From contig OZ320316.1 of assembly GCA_976226885.1 (NCBI GenBank), positions 97,092,001 to 97,156,000 of the forward strand: a DNA stretch of 64,000 nucleotides. Direction: 5' to 3'. Shown here piece by piece: positions 25,079-37,603 of the stretch. The notes below the pieces were generated by a model. It worked only from the letters and a program-made list of their open reading frames with translations. It made no database searches and was not told the origin of the DNA. How positions within the stretch are numbered: the first letter of the stretch is position 1; each line of letters opens with the position of its first letter. The position numbers and the translations under genes are program-made. The DNA is from Iphione sp. A-MEVVRFRX5 (Eukaryota).

Positions 25079-26648
25079 TGCATATGGAAGAAGGACAGTA
25101 GAGAGTAAGACAGAAGCAAACAGGTTTTTGGAAGGGGCAGAAATGAGAAAGGGGGAGACCAAGAGGGATACAAAAGATGGCTTTAGAAAGACGATCGCAC
25201 AGGACCACAAGTTCAGTAAAAAAAAATAACCAACAGTGAAAACGGAAATAATTAAGTCTGGTAAACGAACTTGTACATCTAAAAATAATGCTGTTAGAAA
25301 GTAGAAAGGTGTGGGGGTGGCGGGGTAGTTACCTTCATGTCGCCCAGGTCGTAGCGTGTTGTGAACCCAGTGATCCCCTCCCCCACTCCCACAACTCCCT
25401 TTGTCGCCGGCAACGTGGTCTTGGTACCTAATCGAAGCGCTAGGTGTACTCCCGATAAAGGGTGCTGGTGTTTGGCAGGCACACATACACACACACAGAC
25501 ACACAGACACACACGTGTGTTTTCTCCTGACACAGCGGACTGGTGATCAAAGGGGACTCGCCAGCTTCAGGGCATGGATTCTTCACGCACCCTTACACAG
25601 TAGGTGTACTCGAGCCATCCTCATAGAGCTACCTTTTTTCGGCATGTCCTTGCTCTACGGCAGCACAGTCGCAATCAGGTTTGCGAAAGGTTTTTGTCAA
25701 CTAGTGAACATTTGGCAACTACTCAAAAGGAGTTGGAGGCGGGATGGAGGTTTGGGTCAGCTCACTAAAATGGAGTCAACTTGTAAGGGTTGGGGAAGCC
25801 AGTTAAAGATTGGATCAACTCAGGGCTGGGGCAGTTCCCTAGTGTCTTGAAGTTCATAAAGAATTTGTCAGTGTTAAAGATCATGTCAGCTGTCAATGGT
25901 AGGGTCAACTGCGAAGCGTTAGATCGGCCGCTAGTGGTTTGGTTAGTCGTCTGCAGCTAACGGGTGCAGTTGGGTAAGCTATTTAGTTTGGTTCTGCTAA
26001 AATATTGGGGCAGCTCATTGTGTGGTCAGTTTGTAAGAATCTTTTAGCTTGTGGGGTTCGGCTGGTATACGTCCGATGAGAATGAGTTGATCGGTTTGGT
26101 TTGATAAACTGTTAATAATGGTGAGGGTGAGGTCAGCTTGTTTGGGTTAGGCCAGCTGTTCGTGGTCAGGTCAGCTGGTGAGATAAGATCAACTGGTAAA
26201 GGTCAGGCCAACTGGTAAGGTTTGGGTGGTAAGTTACAATGTAGTGGGCCAGGTCAGCTGGTTGGTCGGTTGCTAAAGAGCAGATCTTACCTTGAGAGGT
26301 AGGTCAGCTCCTAAGGTTTGGATCAGCTGGGGAGGGTAGGATGAATTGGTAAGGGATAGGACAACTGGTGAAGCTTGAGTCAGCATAGAAACATATGATG
26401 CATTAGAGAAGGAACAATGGTTAGGAAGCCGTAGAGATCTCCGTGGAGAGTGCTGTAATTAATGGGGGTGAAGCTGCCATGATTAATGGAGAAAGATCGG
26501 TATGCGGAATGGGCTGTGACAGTTAGAATTAAATTCAGGTGCTATCTTGGGAGAAGTTCCCTGGAGCGGTAGATTCATAGTCTAACTTAAGCAACATTTG
26601 CTAGCAATTAAATATACTCTGAAAGAGAAGCAGGTGGGGGAGAGAGGA

Positions 26649-26654
<6 letters not shown>

Positions 26655-26736
<82 letters not shown>
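26655..26736. repeat. (GA)n microsatellite
   Basis: Direct reading of the sequence. Confidence 0.97.
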
Positions 26737-26739
<3 letters not shown>

Positions 26740-27639
26740 AAGGAGAAGGAGGGAGAGTGTAAGGAAAAACGATGAAGAAAGAGGGAGGAGACAAAGAGAA
26801 GGAAGGATGGATAAGAAATGGAGGAAGGGGGAGTCGGGTCGGATAGAATAAGGGAGAAGGAGAAAGCGGGAGCTTTTAATCTCATGTAGAGATAAACCCT
26901 GGGGACCAGTTTTAGAGAGATTGCAGGATGACCGCTTCTCTTATGCAGAGCGTGCCCTCCGTGAATTCAGTTGGAGAGATGCCTCTAGAATGCATCCACC
27001 ACTAATGTAATCTCCTCAGTAGTACTGTTTCCCCTCCAGGCACTTGGCAGTTGGCGTGATGTGATTTTGCCCTTCCTCTCATGCCACCGCTTTTACCTTC
27101 GGTGCACCGGTTTTTTTTGTTGTTGAAATATTTCAGGCGGGTGCATCCTTTTGATGTGTTCGTGGAAAATAACCTCCAAGGTGCTACAGTAGAGTAGAAC
27201 ATGGAGGGATTTCATGATCACCTACTCTGCTAATGATGATTGATGTTGATTGTGCTCATAATGTGAGTTAAGGGAGATCGCCCCTCACGGTGTCCCCCCC
27301 CCCTGCCTTCTGTGTTTGTTTATGAGAAGCTTTAGGTAAATGCCCCTAGATTTTATGGAGTACCAAAGAAAAATTCATTGATGGAAGTCCGATCAAATTG
27401 CCTCTGCGTGAGAACCATTTATCAGAGTAGCGGTCAGGAGTGTTATCAGTGATACACATGGAGTTGTATTATGTTATGGAATGGTTTCCATCAGAGCTAA
27501 GGAGGGACATTACTTTATGACCATATTCGAAGTGGAGGTATGAATCGTAGGTACAGATATACAAACATGCACACTACCAAGTATTGACCTTTTCCTTCAC
27601 TTACATCCCTCTCCATATGGATATATGATAGCCAAACCT

Positions 27640-28030
27640 ATTCTATCACTTACCTTTCACCCAACTGATACCTCATGTATTATTCACACATCTGTCCCAA
27701 CACACACTCATCCCACCACTTACGATTCACACATACGTTTGCCGTTTCATAGGATTCACACACCTCGCCCAGCATGTATGATTCACACGTCTATTCCACT
27801 ACACAAGATTCACACACTAATCCCATCACTAATTCCACTAGGTAGTATTCATGCATCTGTCCCACCGTTTAGGATCCACACACCTATCTGACCGCTCCCT
27901 ATTCTCATATATCTTTCCCGCGATATATGATTCACATACCTATCGAACCACTCACAAATTACATACTCGTCCCACCATGTAGGATTGACAGGCCTATCTC
28001 ACCATGTACAGTTCACCGACCTATCCTAAT
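27640..28030. repeat. Degenerate minisatellite (gattcacaca.cta.ccca motif, ~30-bp unit)
   Basis: attcacac motif recurs about 8 times. Confidence 0.6.
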
Positions 28031-28217
28031 GACAACTACCGAACTGTTTCGACTTGTGCTACAGCTATGCGGTTGAATTCTTGTTTATTTTTCAGTTTCC
28101 CATTGCTACACATTTTGAAAACTTCAGACAGTAAGCACTGCTTAAATCAGTATTTGTTTAGTTAGTAGATCATTGTTATTGCAGTTTAATTTATAACTGA
28201 TTTTCTTTCTATTGCAG

Positions 28218-28337
28218 CACTTGAAGCAGCAGCAGGAAGGCCTTACACACTTAATCTCCATCATAAAAGGTGACCTTGAAGACCTCCAACTCATCGAACA
28301 GGGCCTGACCGAGTCAGCCACCATGTACCGCCGGTGA
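28218..28337 (+). CDS. NUP54: Nucleoporin Nup54, last coding exon (39 aa + TGA)
   Basis: Acceptor ttttctttctattgcag. Translates HLKQQQEGLTHLISIIKGDLEDLQLIEQGLTESATMYRR*, versus the recalled human C-terminus HLKQQQEGLSHLISIIKDDLEDIKLVEHGLNETIHIRGGVFS. Confidence 0.92.
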   Translation, partial: HLKQQQEGLTHLISIIKGDLEDLQLIEQGLTESATMYRR

Positions 28338-30770
28338 TGCCATCTAACAGCTCCCCCAAACTTACCCCATCTACAGACTTAGTCTACCTTATTCAGGAAG
28401 ACCTCAACGAAGGTCATCCCTAGTATTCAAGGTGACCTTGAAGAGCTATGGGTCACTGAACAGAGTCTCAGTGAAACTATCCACTATGTACCAACAGTGA
28501 TAGCCTTTAACATCCTCCCCATAATTTACGTTATAAACAGATTTAATCTCAAGGTGACCTTGAAAACCTACAGGTCAATAAACAAGGTCTCAATGAAATA
28601 ACCATGAAAGCGCCCTAACGGCCTTCCTGTTATGTACCCTGTCAGTATCTGTAATCCCCCCCCCCATTTTTCAAGGTTACCTTGAAGACCTACGAGTCAT
28701 TGAGCAGGGTCTCAATTAAATGACCTCCATGTACCAAAAGTGATACCCTTTGACATCTTCCCCTCAGTGCGTCCTGTCAGTAGCCATAGTATCCAGTATC
28801 AAAGGAGGTGACCTTGAGGACCTGCAGGTCATCAGCAAGGTCTCAGTCAGTTAAGTATCGTACTGATCCACATTTACTCGGTCTGCAGACTCAGTGACCA
28901 TTAAGGAAGTTGACTTGGACTACTTAGAAATCATTCGGCAAGGTGTCAGTGAATCAGCCACGATGTACTTGTGGTGGTACCATCTGGCAATCTGTCCCTC
29001 ACTTATCTGTACAGTGGGTGTACTGCCCTCCAGCCGACCGTTTCATTGAACTCAATTACCATTATTGAAGGTGACCTTAAGAACCTGCAAATCATCATGA
29101 AGGTCTCAGTGAATGGCTGCCCCGTCAGTCAACTCTGTATTCATTACATAAGTAATCGTGAGGACCTACAGATCATGAGGAAGGTCTCAGTGAACTGACC
29201 ACCCTGGCTGCCCTCTCAGTCGACTCTTTATCTCCAGTACAAGCGCCTTCGGCGATGTTGACACAAGTGGTGGTGGTGGCCGCAGCGACAGATGGTTGGT
29301 CAGTTCCTGACATGGTGACCCTGATTAGGCCACACCAAGCTGATCTGTAATTGGCTGTTCTCCAAAGTGTGTCAATGTCAAACCAAAGCAGGACAATATC
29401 ACTGTGCCAACTGAAAAAGTAGTGCAGTTCCTCTCACTGACAATAAATGACCATCTCTTTGCATGCAGGTAGACATTTCTCTTTCTTAATAAAGTATGTT
29501 TAGGTGTGCTTTAGAAAATAAATAATGTACTTTTCTGAATTCACATCATGATGAGATGAGACTTCATGGGGACGGACTACTTTTAGGAGACATTTTTAAT
29601 AGGTAGTGTAACTAAGGTCACCTTGAGACCCTTCCAACCTTGGAGTAAAGTCCCAATGAATTAGCCACTGTGTACATCTGCTGATAGACTAGCACTATTA
29701 GTGCATACAATTTTCATAATTGAAGGTACCCTTGAAGACCCACAAATGATAAGTAGGGTCTGAGTGAATGAACTGCTGTGTACTGCTGGTGATACCACCT
29801 GAGAGCTTCCCCCTTAACCCACCCTATCCCACCCCCACCCTCAGCTTATCCTGCCAGTGTATGTAATATCCATTATATTAAAGTTGACCTCGAAGACACA
29901 AGTCACGGGCACGGTTTCAGTGAATTCAGCATATATATATGCTTTGTGATACCATGGGACGAAACACTGACACCCCCAACACACGCACACACACGCACAC
30001 AAACACACACACATACACAAACACACACAAACACGCACTCACTCTTTCACACACTTTTGGGGGAGTGAATGGATTCTCCATAGTTCAAGGTGACCTTTAA
30101 AACGTATAAATTATTAAGTATGGTCTCGCTGAATTTTACACCCTGTACAACAGGTGGCACCCTCTGACACCGTCTGACACCCCACCCCAAACGTCACCTG
30201 AGAATAAATGTAAAGTGTTTTAGTAAAGGCGACCAAGAAGACATATAAGTCAGAAAGCAAGGTCTCAATGAAACAACCCGCGTACACTGTCAGTAATACT
30301 GCCCTACAGATTCTCCCAACTTCTTCTGTCAGTCCATGCCATCTTACTAAAGGTGATCTTGAAGAACTACAAGTCAATTGAACAAAGTCTCCATCAGGTA
30401 ACCTCTGTGTCTGTGTACACGTACTGTCTGCCTTCCCCTCCCCCTCCCTCCTCCCGTAGTTTACCATGTTAATAAACTTAATATATGAACAAAAACAAAG
30501 GTAACCTAAAGGTTTAAAAGTCACACGGCAAGACCGTCATGATTTAACCGTAATGTACGTCCCCTCCTCTTGACTTACCCCGTCGATCGACGCAAGTCTC
30601 CAAATTCCAAGGCAACCTCGAAGACATACAAGTCACAGGACGAGATCTCGCACAATAAGCCAAATCATACTGACCGCCGGTGATGTCCTTCAGTGACCTT
30701 TCCAGCGCACCATATGAAGTGACTTCCCAGGGTGACCTCATAGACGGCACGCTCCTCAGGGCCGTCATTA
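28240..30770 (+). repeat. Degenerate tandem array (~120-160-bp unit, ~17 units) derived from the 3' part of the NUP54 last exon plus ~35 bp of 3'UTR
   Basis: Core (aa)ggtgaccttgaagacct.ca.gtcat.gaaca.ggtctcagtgaa at 28269 (coding copy), 28431, 28553, 28675, 28807, 28909, 29070, ~29158, 29616, 29725, 29883, 30089, 30228, 30352, 30500, 30611 and 30731. Confidence 0.85.
29488..29522 (+). terminator. Candidate NUP54 polyadenylation signals
   Basis: AATAAA at 29488-29493 and 29517-29522, followed by T-rich sequence, in the one repeat-free gap of the array. Other AATAAA hexamers occur inside the array, so this is uncertain. Confidence 0.35.
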
Positions 30771-33700
30771 GTCGAGACATTGATGCTTTGTCCTCGTTAT
30801 TGTCAGCTGCCTGGGTCGCGGAAGAATTTTGAACAGGGAAGAGATTGTCTCCTAAAGCGCCCAATGAAGCTTGTTCAGGAACTACCTCCAAAAAGCTTAA
30901 TGTCACGTTACCATGAAGCATATTTAGTATAATGTTGCAACTGTATGCTTGGAATCCGGGCACTTTGGCTTATTGATACGCACACGTGCTTGTCAACCCG
31001 ACTTACACACCTGATCGTAATGTGACCATATGTAGCTTATTCGATCCTTTCATACCTTTATTTTTAAAGTAAATATATGAGACCTGGTATAAAGAAAATA
31101 ATGAAACTTCTGACAAACGTACTTGATCCAAAAGCTCTTCTACATGTTATTTCATTACAATGTCACTTTCAGCACTGAAGAAAATGCCAGATGGTTGCTG
31201 TGGTAATAAACATTATTATAATAGTTTATAGAGTGGCAACCCGCTTCGTTCACCTCCAAACCAGGGAACCTGCCCTGCATATAGGTCAGCATACCATTGA
31301 AAATAATCACTGCCACGTCATTCCCACGCCAAGAATAAGCCAGTCTTAAAGAAATTCAACCATTACAGTCAACCGACTGACGTTTGAGTTCCCCTGTGTA
31401 TCGAACTTCTACTAAAATCTGTTTCCACAACTGACAGTTCCAATACAACTTTCAAAATCACATGAAATAGCAGATGTCGGTTATGGAGGGAGCGCTGTAT
31501 GTACTAAATAGGCAGGAGTCCCTACAGTTTATAAGGTATTCTTGGTAAGGCGCTCGGACCTACATGTAAAGAGAGAATTCGTTTATATGGGTTTCGGAAG
31601 CAATCAACGACTGGGTATTGAGTAGGTACAGGTACATACCTGTAGACTCATCGTTAAGGTGGGTCCAGAGGAGTTCGGTATGCATGACCATGTCCCCCCC
31701 CCCTCACCCTCCACAGACATCTGTGTAATCAAAGGGTTGCTACCTGCCTTTGATGTTCCACTTAGCTTGAAAGTGAATCCCAACCCTACAAATGCTCTAG
31801 TTGGTCACCAGCCAAGCGCCGTCTTTCCCCACAGTGGCAGCCCCTCCTCCAGACCTCTTATAACCTGAGTAACTCACCTTGGAAATGACTTCGAGTGGGT
31901 TTATCTCCGAGAAGAAGCCATGTGGCTTCCTTACTGTTGAATGGGTGTGACATGGAATCTTGTTCCTGTTTTTTTAGAATCTTGAGCATTCTCTCTGATT
32001 GGTTAAAGACATTCGGTCTACAGTTATATCGTAATTGTTCTTGTGTTCCTTAAAGTAAGGTATGTGCTGGGTCATTATTTAGCAAGTGAAGTTTTCTTTA
32101 TATACCAGGTCATACATGTGATATACGTTTACAGTCATGTCTAGTATTTCCACCAGACCTCAGGACATGTAAAGATCAGAAAAAAAATCTGTGTGAACAT
32201 ATACCAGTGCTGAAAAACAGATACATGGACTAACACGGTAAGATGGAAACGAGACATAACGTTCCCGGTGTAAAATATTTGACCTTTCTGTTTAAAGAAG
32301 AAACCTTTTTTTATAAGATGTGTAAGATAGTTCTAAGTCACATATATTCAGCCCACAGGGATGTCATAACTATTCTTGTGTTCCGAAAACTGGTCGTAGT
32401 GTGACGGGACAATTTGTTTTGGGTGTAAACGTTATCATACTTTGTGACATATAATGACTGTCCTGTCTAGAAACTCAGTATCTGTGAATCTGAGAATCCG
32501 TGTACGACGTATACCCTTGTTCTGGTATATATAAAACGCGCTGGATTTACAACATCAATGAGGGTAACGGATGATGTGAAGTACGTAATGGAACATGATT
32601 TACACCCTTCGGATATCTTGACAACAAAGGGTAAATGATGAAGGATAAATGTTAACCATTGTATGTCGAATAAACATGATAATGAGAATTAAACATGACA
32701 AAAGAACAAAAGTATTTTGTTTTGTCGGGTAAAAGAAACTGAACGCAGTAACACTATGGTCAAATTTGGTCCATTCTAACGGTAATGCAATAGTTCTGCG
32801 TTCAGGTACAATAGTGCTGTACGCGTATAGACTTTCGAATATAAAGAATAAAGTATACAGTTGAATTTTAATAAATGCTGTAACAATCATTTAAAACGAT
32901 ATTCCAAATGCAGGTTATATACTACATTGCTCCAATTTCTGACAGCATACAGTAATTCCACGTGCATTCAAATTTGATAGTGATAAATATATGAAGTGGA
33001 ATCGTGCTGCACCACCAAGTGCAGTCATTGTGTATACAGCCTAACTTCAATTTAATGCTCAGCTCTACAAGGACTAACATTTGTGCGTGCAACTACTTGT
33101 TCATCTACCGAAATATGATTTGTATGCCTTTAGAACCAAAATATGATTTGTATGCCTTTAGAATTTACGAAATTCGATCATCTCTTACAACATGCACAAA
33201 TTAGATCCCCAGATCTCATTAACAAATGAAATAAACACTTGTGACTAATTGTGTTCGTGAGAAGATCTCGTGCATTTAACATTGAGACACTGGTGAAATT
33301 TACTAAAAACAACATTCAATTACCAAGATAGCCAAACGACAGGTAGCAAAAGATGTTATAACCCATTAATAACACCACCTATGTATCTGTAGCTATTATT
33401 TCCTTGCTGATGATAAAGAAGACCTCTAGATCAAGCCAGAAATCATAACTTCGGCATTATAAAACAGTCACAAGCGATCTATATGTGTATTTATTGTATT
33501 TATCAGGGTACAATCACGTTACCATAGTAGCTACAAACCAGAGAGCAGGACAGGCCAGGAACGAGGACACTTTTCTTCAGACCAGAATTTGCTTTGCGTG
33601 TTTAGAAATTGACTTGATTTCGGGACAGAACCAGAAACGAGGGCGGAGTTTCCTCACGCCAGGCTCCAAGCAGTGCCAAACAGCAAGAAGCCGTCCAGGA

Positions 33701-34299
33701 AAGAAGACGGTGAGGAGGGCGACGGTGCGAAGGCAGGTGTGCTGTGTGACACCGGGTGTGACATTAACACTTCGATGGTTGCCAGTTTATATAACAATGT
33801 ATGTCTCTGTTGCAAGCAGAGGCAATAGTTCCTGAACAACCTAGTTTTTGCTCACAGACACTCCTGTGGCTTAGGATTAGACAATACCTCTCAAATTGAA
33901 CTAAAATGTCAAATGTACAAAAATTAATCCGCAGTATAAAAGAAACCTTTTTCATCCCCACCTGGATTTTCTAGACGAAGTTTTTCTTCTGCTCTTCGTG
34001 GGATGACGTCCAGGACCTTCAATCACCAGCCTCCCCCACAACATATGCTAATAGATAATACTTCAAAGGCAGCGAAATTACAGCGCCGGAAGTGAGAGGC
34101 ATCCATCTTGGTCACGTGATAGCGGTGCGTGACAGGAGGCTGTGTAAGCAGAGTTCGAGGTCATTTTAACGACGACGTAAAGGTCAACTTGGATGTGCAC
34201 ACGATGGTTAAACGTGGAAGAAGTAGGGGAAAGAAGCTGTGAGGGCTTCTGAGTGAGCAAAGTCAAGAGGTGAAGCAACAAAAGTAGGGAGATGGGAGA

Positions 34300-34439
34300 G
34301 TCGTGATAGAGGAGGGACAGACAACGGGACGCGCAGCGAGATCACAAGGTATAAGGAGAGAGCTTTGAGATGAGCACTGCAAAGGTGCTGAAGGCATGGC
34401 TTGGCTGGAGAGTGTGTGTATGTATGTATGAGAGAGAGA

Positions 34440-34502
<63 letters not shown>

Positions 34503-34620
34503 AGACTGGAGAGACATCAGTAGATAGACAGGGAGCGTATAGACCAACAATGATGTAGGATTTTAGAGTTACGACAGGGAAAATGATTACAGCGAGCGAG
34601 TTTAGAGATTTTCGGAGATG
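34300..34620 (-). pseudogene. Possible decayed LINE APE-endonuclease fragment interrupted by (GA)n
   Basis: Minus frames give IIVGLYAP... and LLIPCDLAAR, loosely like the APE motifs (I/V)xVYAP and IxGDFNAR. Confidence 0.2.
34431..34500. repeat. (GA)n microsatellite
   Basis: Direct reading of the sequence. Confidence 0.95.
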
Positions 34621-37549
34621 ATTAAGTAATGGGAAATCATATAAGCATAAACAATATGGTGGGTTAGGTGCAAGAGACATAATGGGGATCAAATGATAAG
34701 AGTTAGGTGGATAGAGGGAGAGAATGTCATTAAATTACAGCCAAGTGTCATTGTATTAAGTCATACTACATGAAGGTTTTTTCGACTGTTGTCCTGACTA
34801 TTGTATTGAGTGGCATTACAGTCAGTCATTGCATGAAAAAGTAATATTTAGATGTGTTCATTTTGAAGACATCATATTGCGTGTTATCAAATGGTATCCC
34901 ATTGTACTGAACTGTACCAAGGAGCATCATATCAAGTATCATTACACAGAGTGTGAATTTCACGGATGGATACATTATTCGATTGGACTATTCAATAGTC
35001 CGTGAACTCTCTCACTGAGGTGTTACTATTGACTTTCTCCTTGCCAGTTCTGCCTGTCCTACGAAGAGGCAGCCTAGAGAGAAGATAAATAACATGGAGG
35101 ACGAGCCTGTCAGTATGGCCTGTTTACATTGGCTGCCAACCTTGGCTGTTGGATCGTCATGGTTGACCGGTCATACGTAGACCGTGACGCCTGTACAGGC
35201 CGGCAGCAATATTGCTGATGTGACACGTCGACAGGGTCGAGAGGGGTCCGGAAGGGAGGGAGTGTGTGTGTATGTCTGTGCGGCCATATGTGTGTTTGGA
35301 AGACTGCTTGGGTGTGTTCTAAAAGTGTCCGTACGTGTGTATACATGCGCTGTATGGATGTGTCTGTTTGTGTGTATATACACGATGTCCCCGGCAATTC
35401 AACTCAATAAACGGAACATCCGAATAGAACAGACCTGTAACTGATGGCTTTCCGCCTAGACGACAACAATCTTTCATCTACGAATGGAACTGGAATAGGA
35501 TCATATCAGGAAAATCCGTTGAAATGATGTAATACAGAAGACAATGTGATAATACTACATACTAGCGAAAAGACAACACCCCGAACAAGTCCAGTTTAAG
35601 AAGAGAGTCAGAATGAAACAGGTTTAGAAAATGATAGAGAGAAAAACGAGAGAGCCTGGGAGTCAGAGAGGTATATGAAAGAGTGTAGGAGAGTTCAAGA
35701 GCGACAGGCAGAGTGAGAGTGAACGTGAGACAGAAATGGTGAAACAGTAGGATAAAGTGAACAAGTGCGACAATTAGAGAAAACGCGAAGTTTTAATTAT
35801 CACAGCCAGATTTTTCCTTTTGAATGATGAAGTATCTAGACAAACAATGCATCGAATAGCAATGTATCAGCGTGCTACAAAAGGAGAAAACAGAGAGTTA
35901 TAAAGATGTAATGCTAGGAAAATGATCCTGTTTAATATTCACTGACAAAGGAGATTATGAGAAATCCCCAAAGGCAGTGCTCATCTAAAGGATTCTTTAA
36001 TTAGTCCCCATGACTGGTACAAGGTATTTTTCATATTGTAATGTTTTATGGCAGCATTTCGAGTAATTCACTCAGGAAGGTAATGGCTTTCAGAAATGGC
36101 TTCTCTCACAGTTTCAATTATTACGTCAAATGTAATTATGTAATACTTGTACATGTAGTTACTGCTACTCATAGGTCCCGCTACACTAACCATATTAATT
36201 CTGGCCAGAATGACCCCCTTATTTGGACTTACTTGATGCTAGAAGATATGTCAGGACTGTACAATACACAAATACATCGGCATTGGTGTGATAAATTACT
36301 AGGTGGTTAAGTGCATCGGCCTCTATCATAAATAAAATCATGAAAAAAATCAAAAACAGGCGTAGGTAGCAAAAGGAAGGAAAAGAGACACAAGAAGGCC
36401 AGCTGGGACTCTGACCCCTAAAGGTAACATTGATACGTCGGCTGAAACGAGTAAGGTCAACCACGCTCTCAAATATTCGCCTGGCGTCACTTGGGGAAAG
36501 GAGGTGAAAATATGACTGTTTATTTCCGCATGAGAAACAACGTTTGGAAACCTGCAGATAAAGGTTGTTAGACAAGGGATGAGAGATCAATGACCGGGTC
36601 CTCTGGAGAGAGGGAGGGAGAGAGGGAGGGGGATGACGGATGAGAGACGCAAGCCTAAGGTGTCACGTGACTTCTGAGGTGGGCGATGCGCGCGCCGGCA
36701 CGCCGGGGGCGACCCCGAGTGGCGGGCAGGGGAAGTCGGGCTCAAAGCATGGGAAGCCACCCTGTGATCTGTGGCTTCTGAGAGAGAAGTCGGCGGAGAA
36801 GCCAAGGATGGAGGGCGGGCTTTAGTCTGGGGAAAGAGAAAGGCATTCCAAACACTAGAGCTGCTTCGATCCCCCCTAACAACGCCCATCCCAAGGCCAC
36901 TGCAGTGAAAGCAGCAGTTGCCTTCTCATCCGTCTACCCCTTCATCAGACCTCCTCTGTCCGTATCAATTGTATTTTGTGTTCCCTTCCCACCGCTACCT
37001 ATCCTCTGTCTACCCTGTCACTTTCCACTTTACTGTGGCACACCTTCTCTAGCTTCCATCATCTACCCTACCATCATATGACCACCGCTATCTCTATCCC
37101 CACCCCATGCTCTTTCTACTTCTTCTATAGTTTATAATATCTTTTCTACTCTCCTCTGCATATCCTCTCATCACAGATCCTTGGTGTTCCCTTGCATCAT
37201 CACTTGCATCTTATTTCCTATCTCAACAGTATATATCCCTAAGGCCTATCTCCTCTTATCCATATTACCTCAAACAGGGCTCTCAATTCTCATCCATGCT
37301 TCTGCCTCTCTCCTTACCCAAGAATTCGTCTGATCCTTTTTACCTTCTTCTATTCTCCCTACCAGCAGACTCGGCAAGTAATGATCACCGCCTCTCTCTC
37401 CTCCGAGTTTCTATGTATTCGTGGGATACACGTCTACCTTATTCCTGCCCGTATCACATATAGGCAGGAGAAAAAAACTACGAACTTGAGAGAAAGAAGA
37501 GAAGCAGATGCGAAAGACAAAGGCATAGAGAGAGGGAGAAAAAGGAGAC

Positions 37550-37603
37550 GAAGAAGAAGAAGAAGAAGAAGAAGAAGAAGAAGAAGAAGAAGAAGAAGAA
37601 GAA
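37550..37603. repeat. (AAG)n microsatellite
   Basis: Direct reading of the sequence. Confidence 0.95.

Noticed and set aside
28431-30731. Array units as in-frame alternative last exons using AAG|GTGACC as acceptor
   Set aside because: The upstream exon ends in phase 0 but AG|GT falls one base into the Gly codon, so splicing there shifts the frame. The units also lack the exon's 5' part and true acceptor.
28240-30770. CRISPR-like repeat-spacer array
   Set aside because: The repeats are highly degenerate, the spacers are homologous to each other and to the exon, the context is eukaryotic, and no cas genes are present.
30544-30963. 139-aa minus-strand ORF
   Set aside because: It largely overlaps the antisense of the most decayed array units and has no recognisable domain.
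31540-31600. tRNA-derived SINE head (tggtaaggcgctcggac)
   Set aside because: Only an A-box-like stretch; no B-box or cloverleaf.
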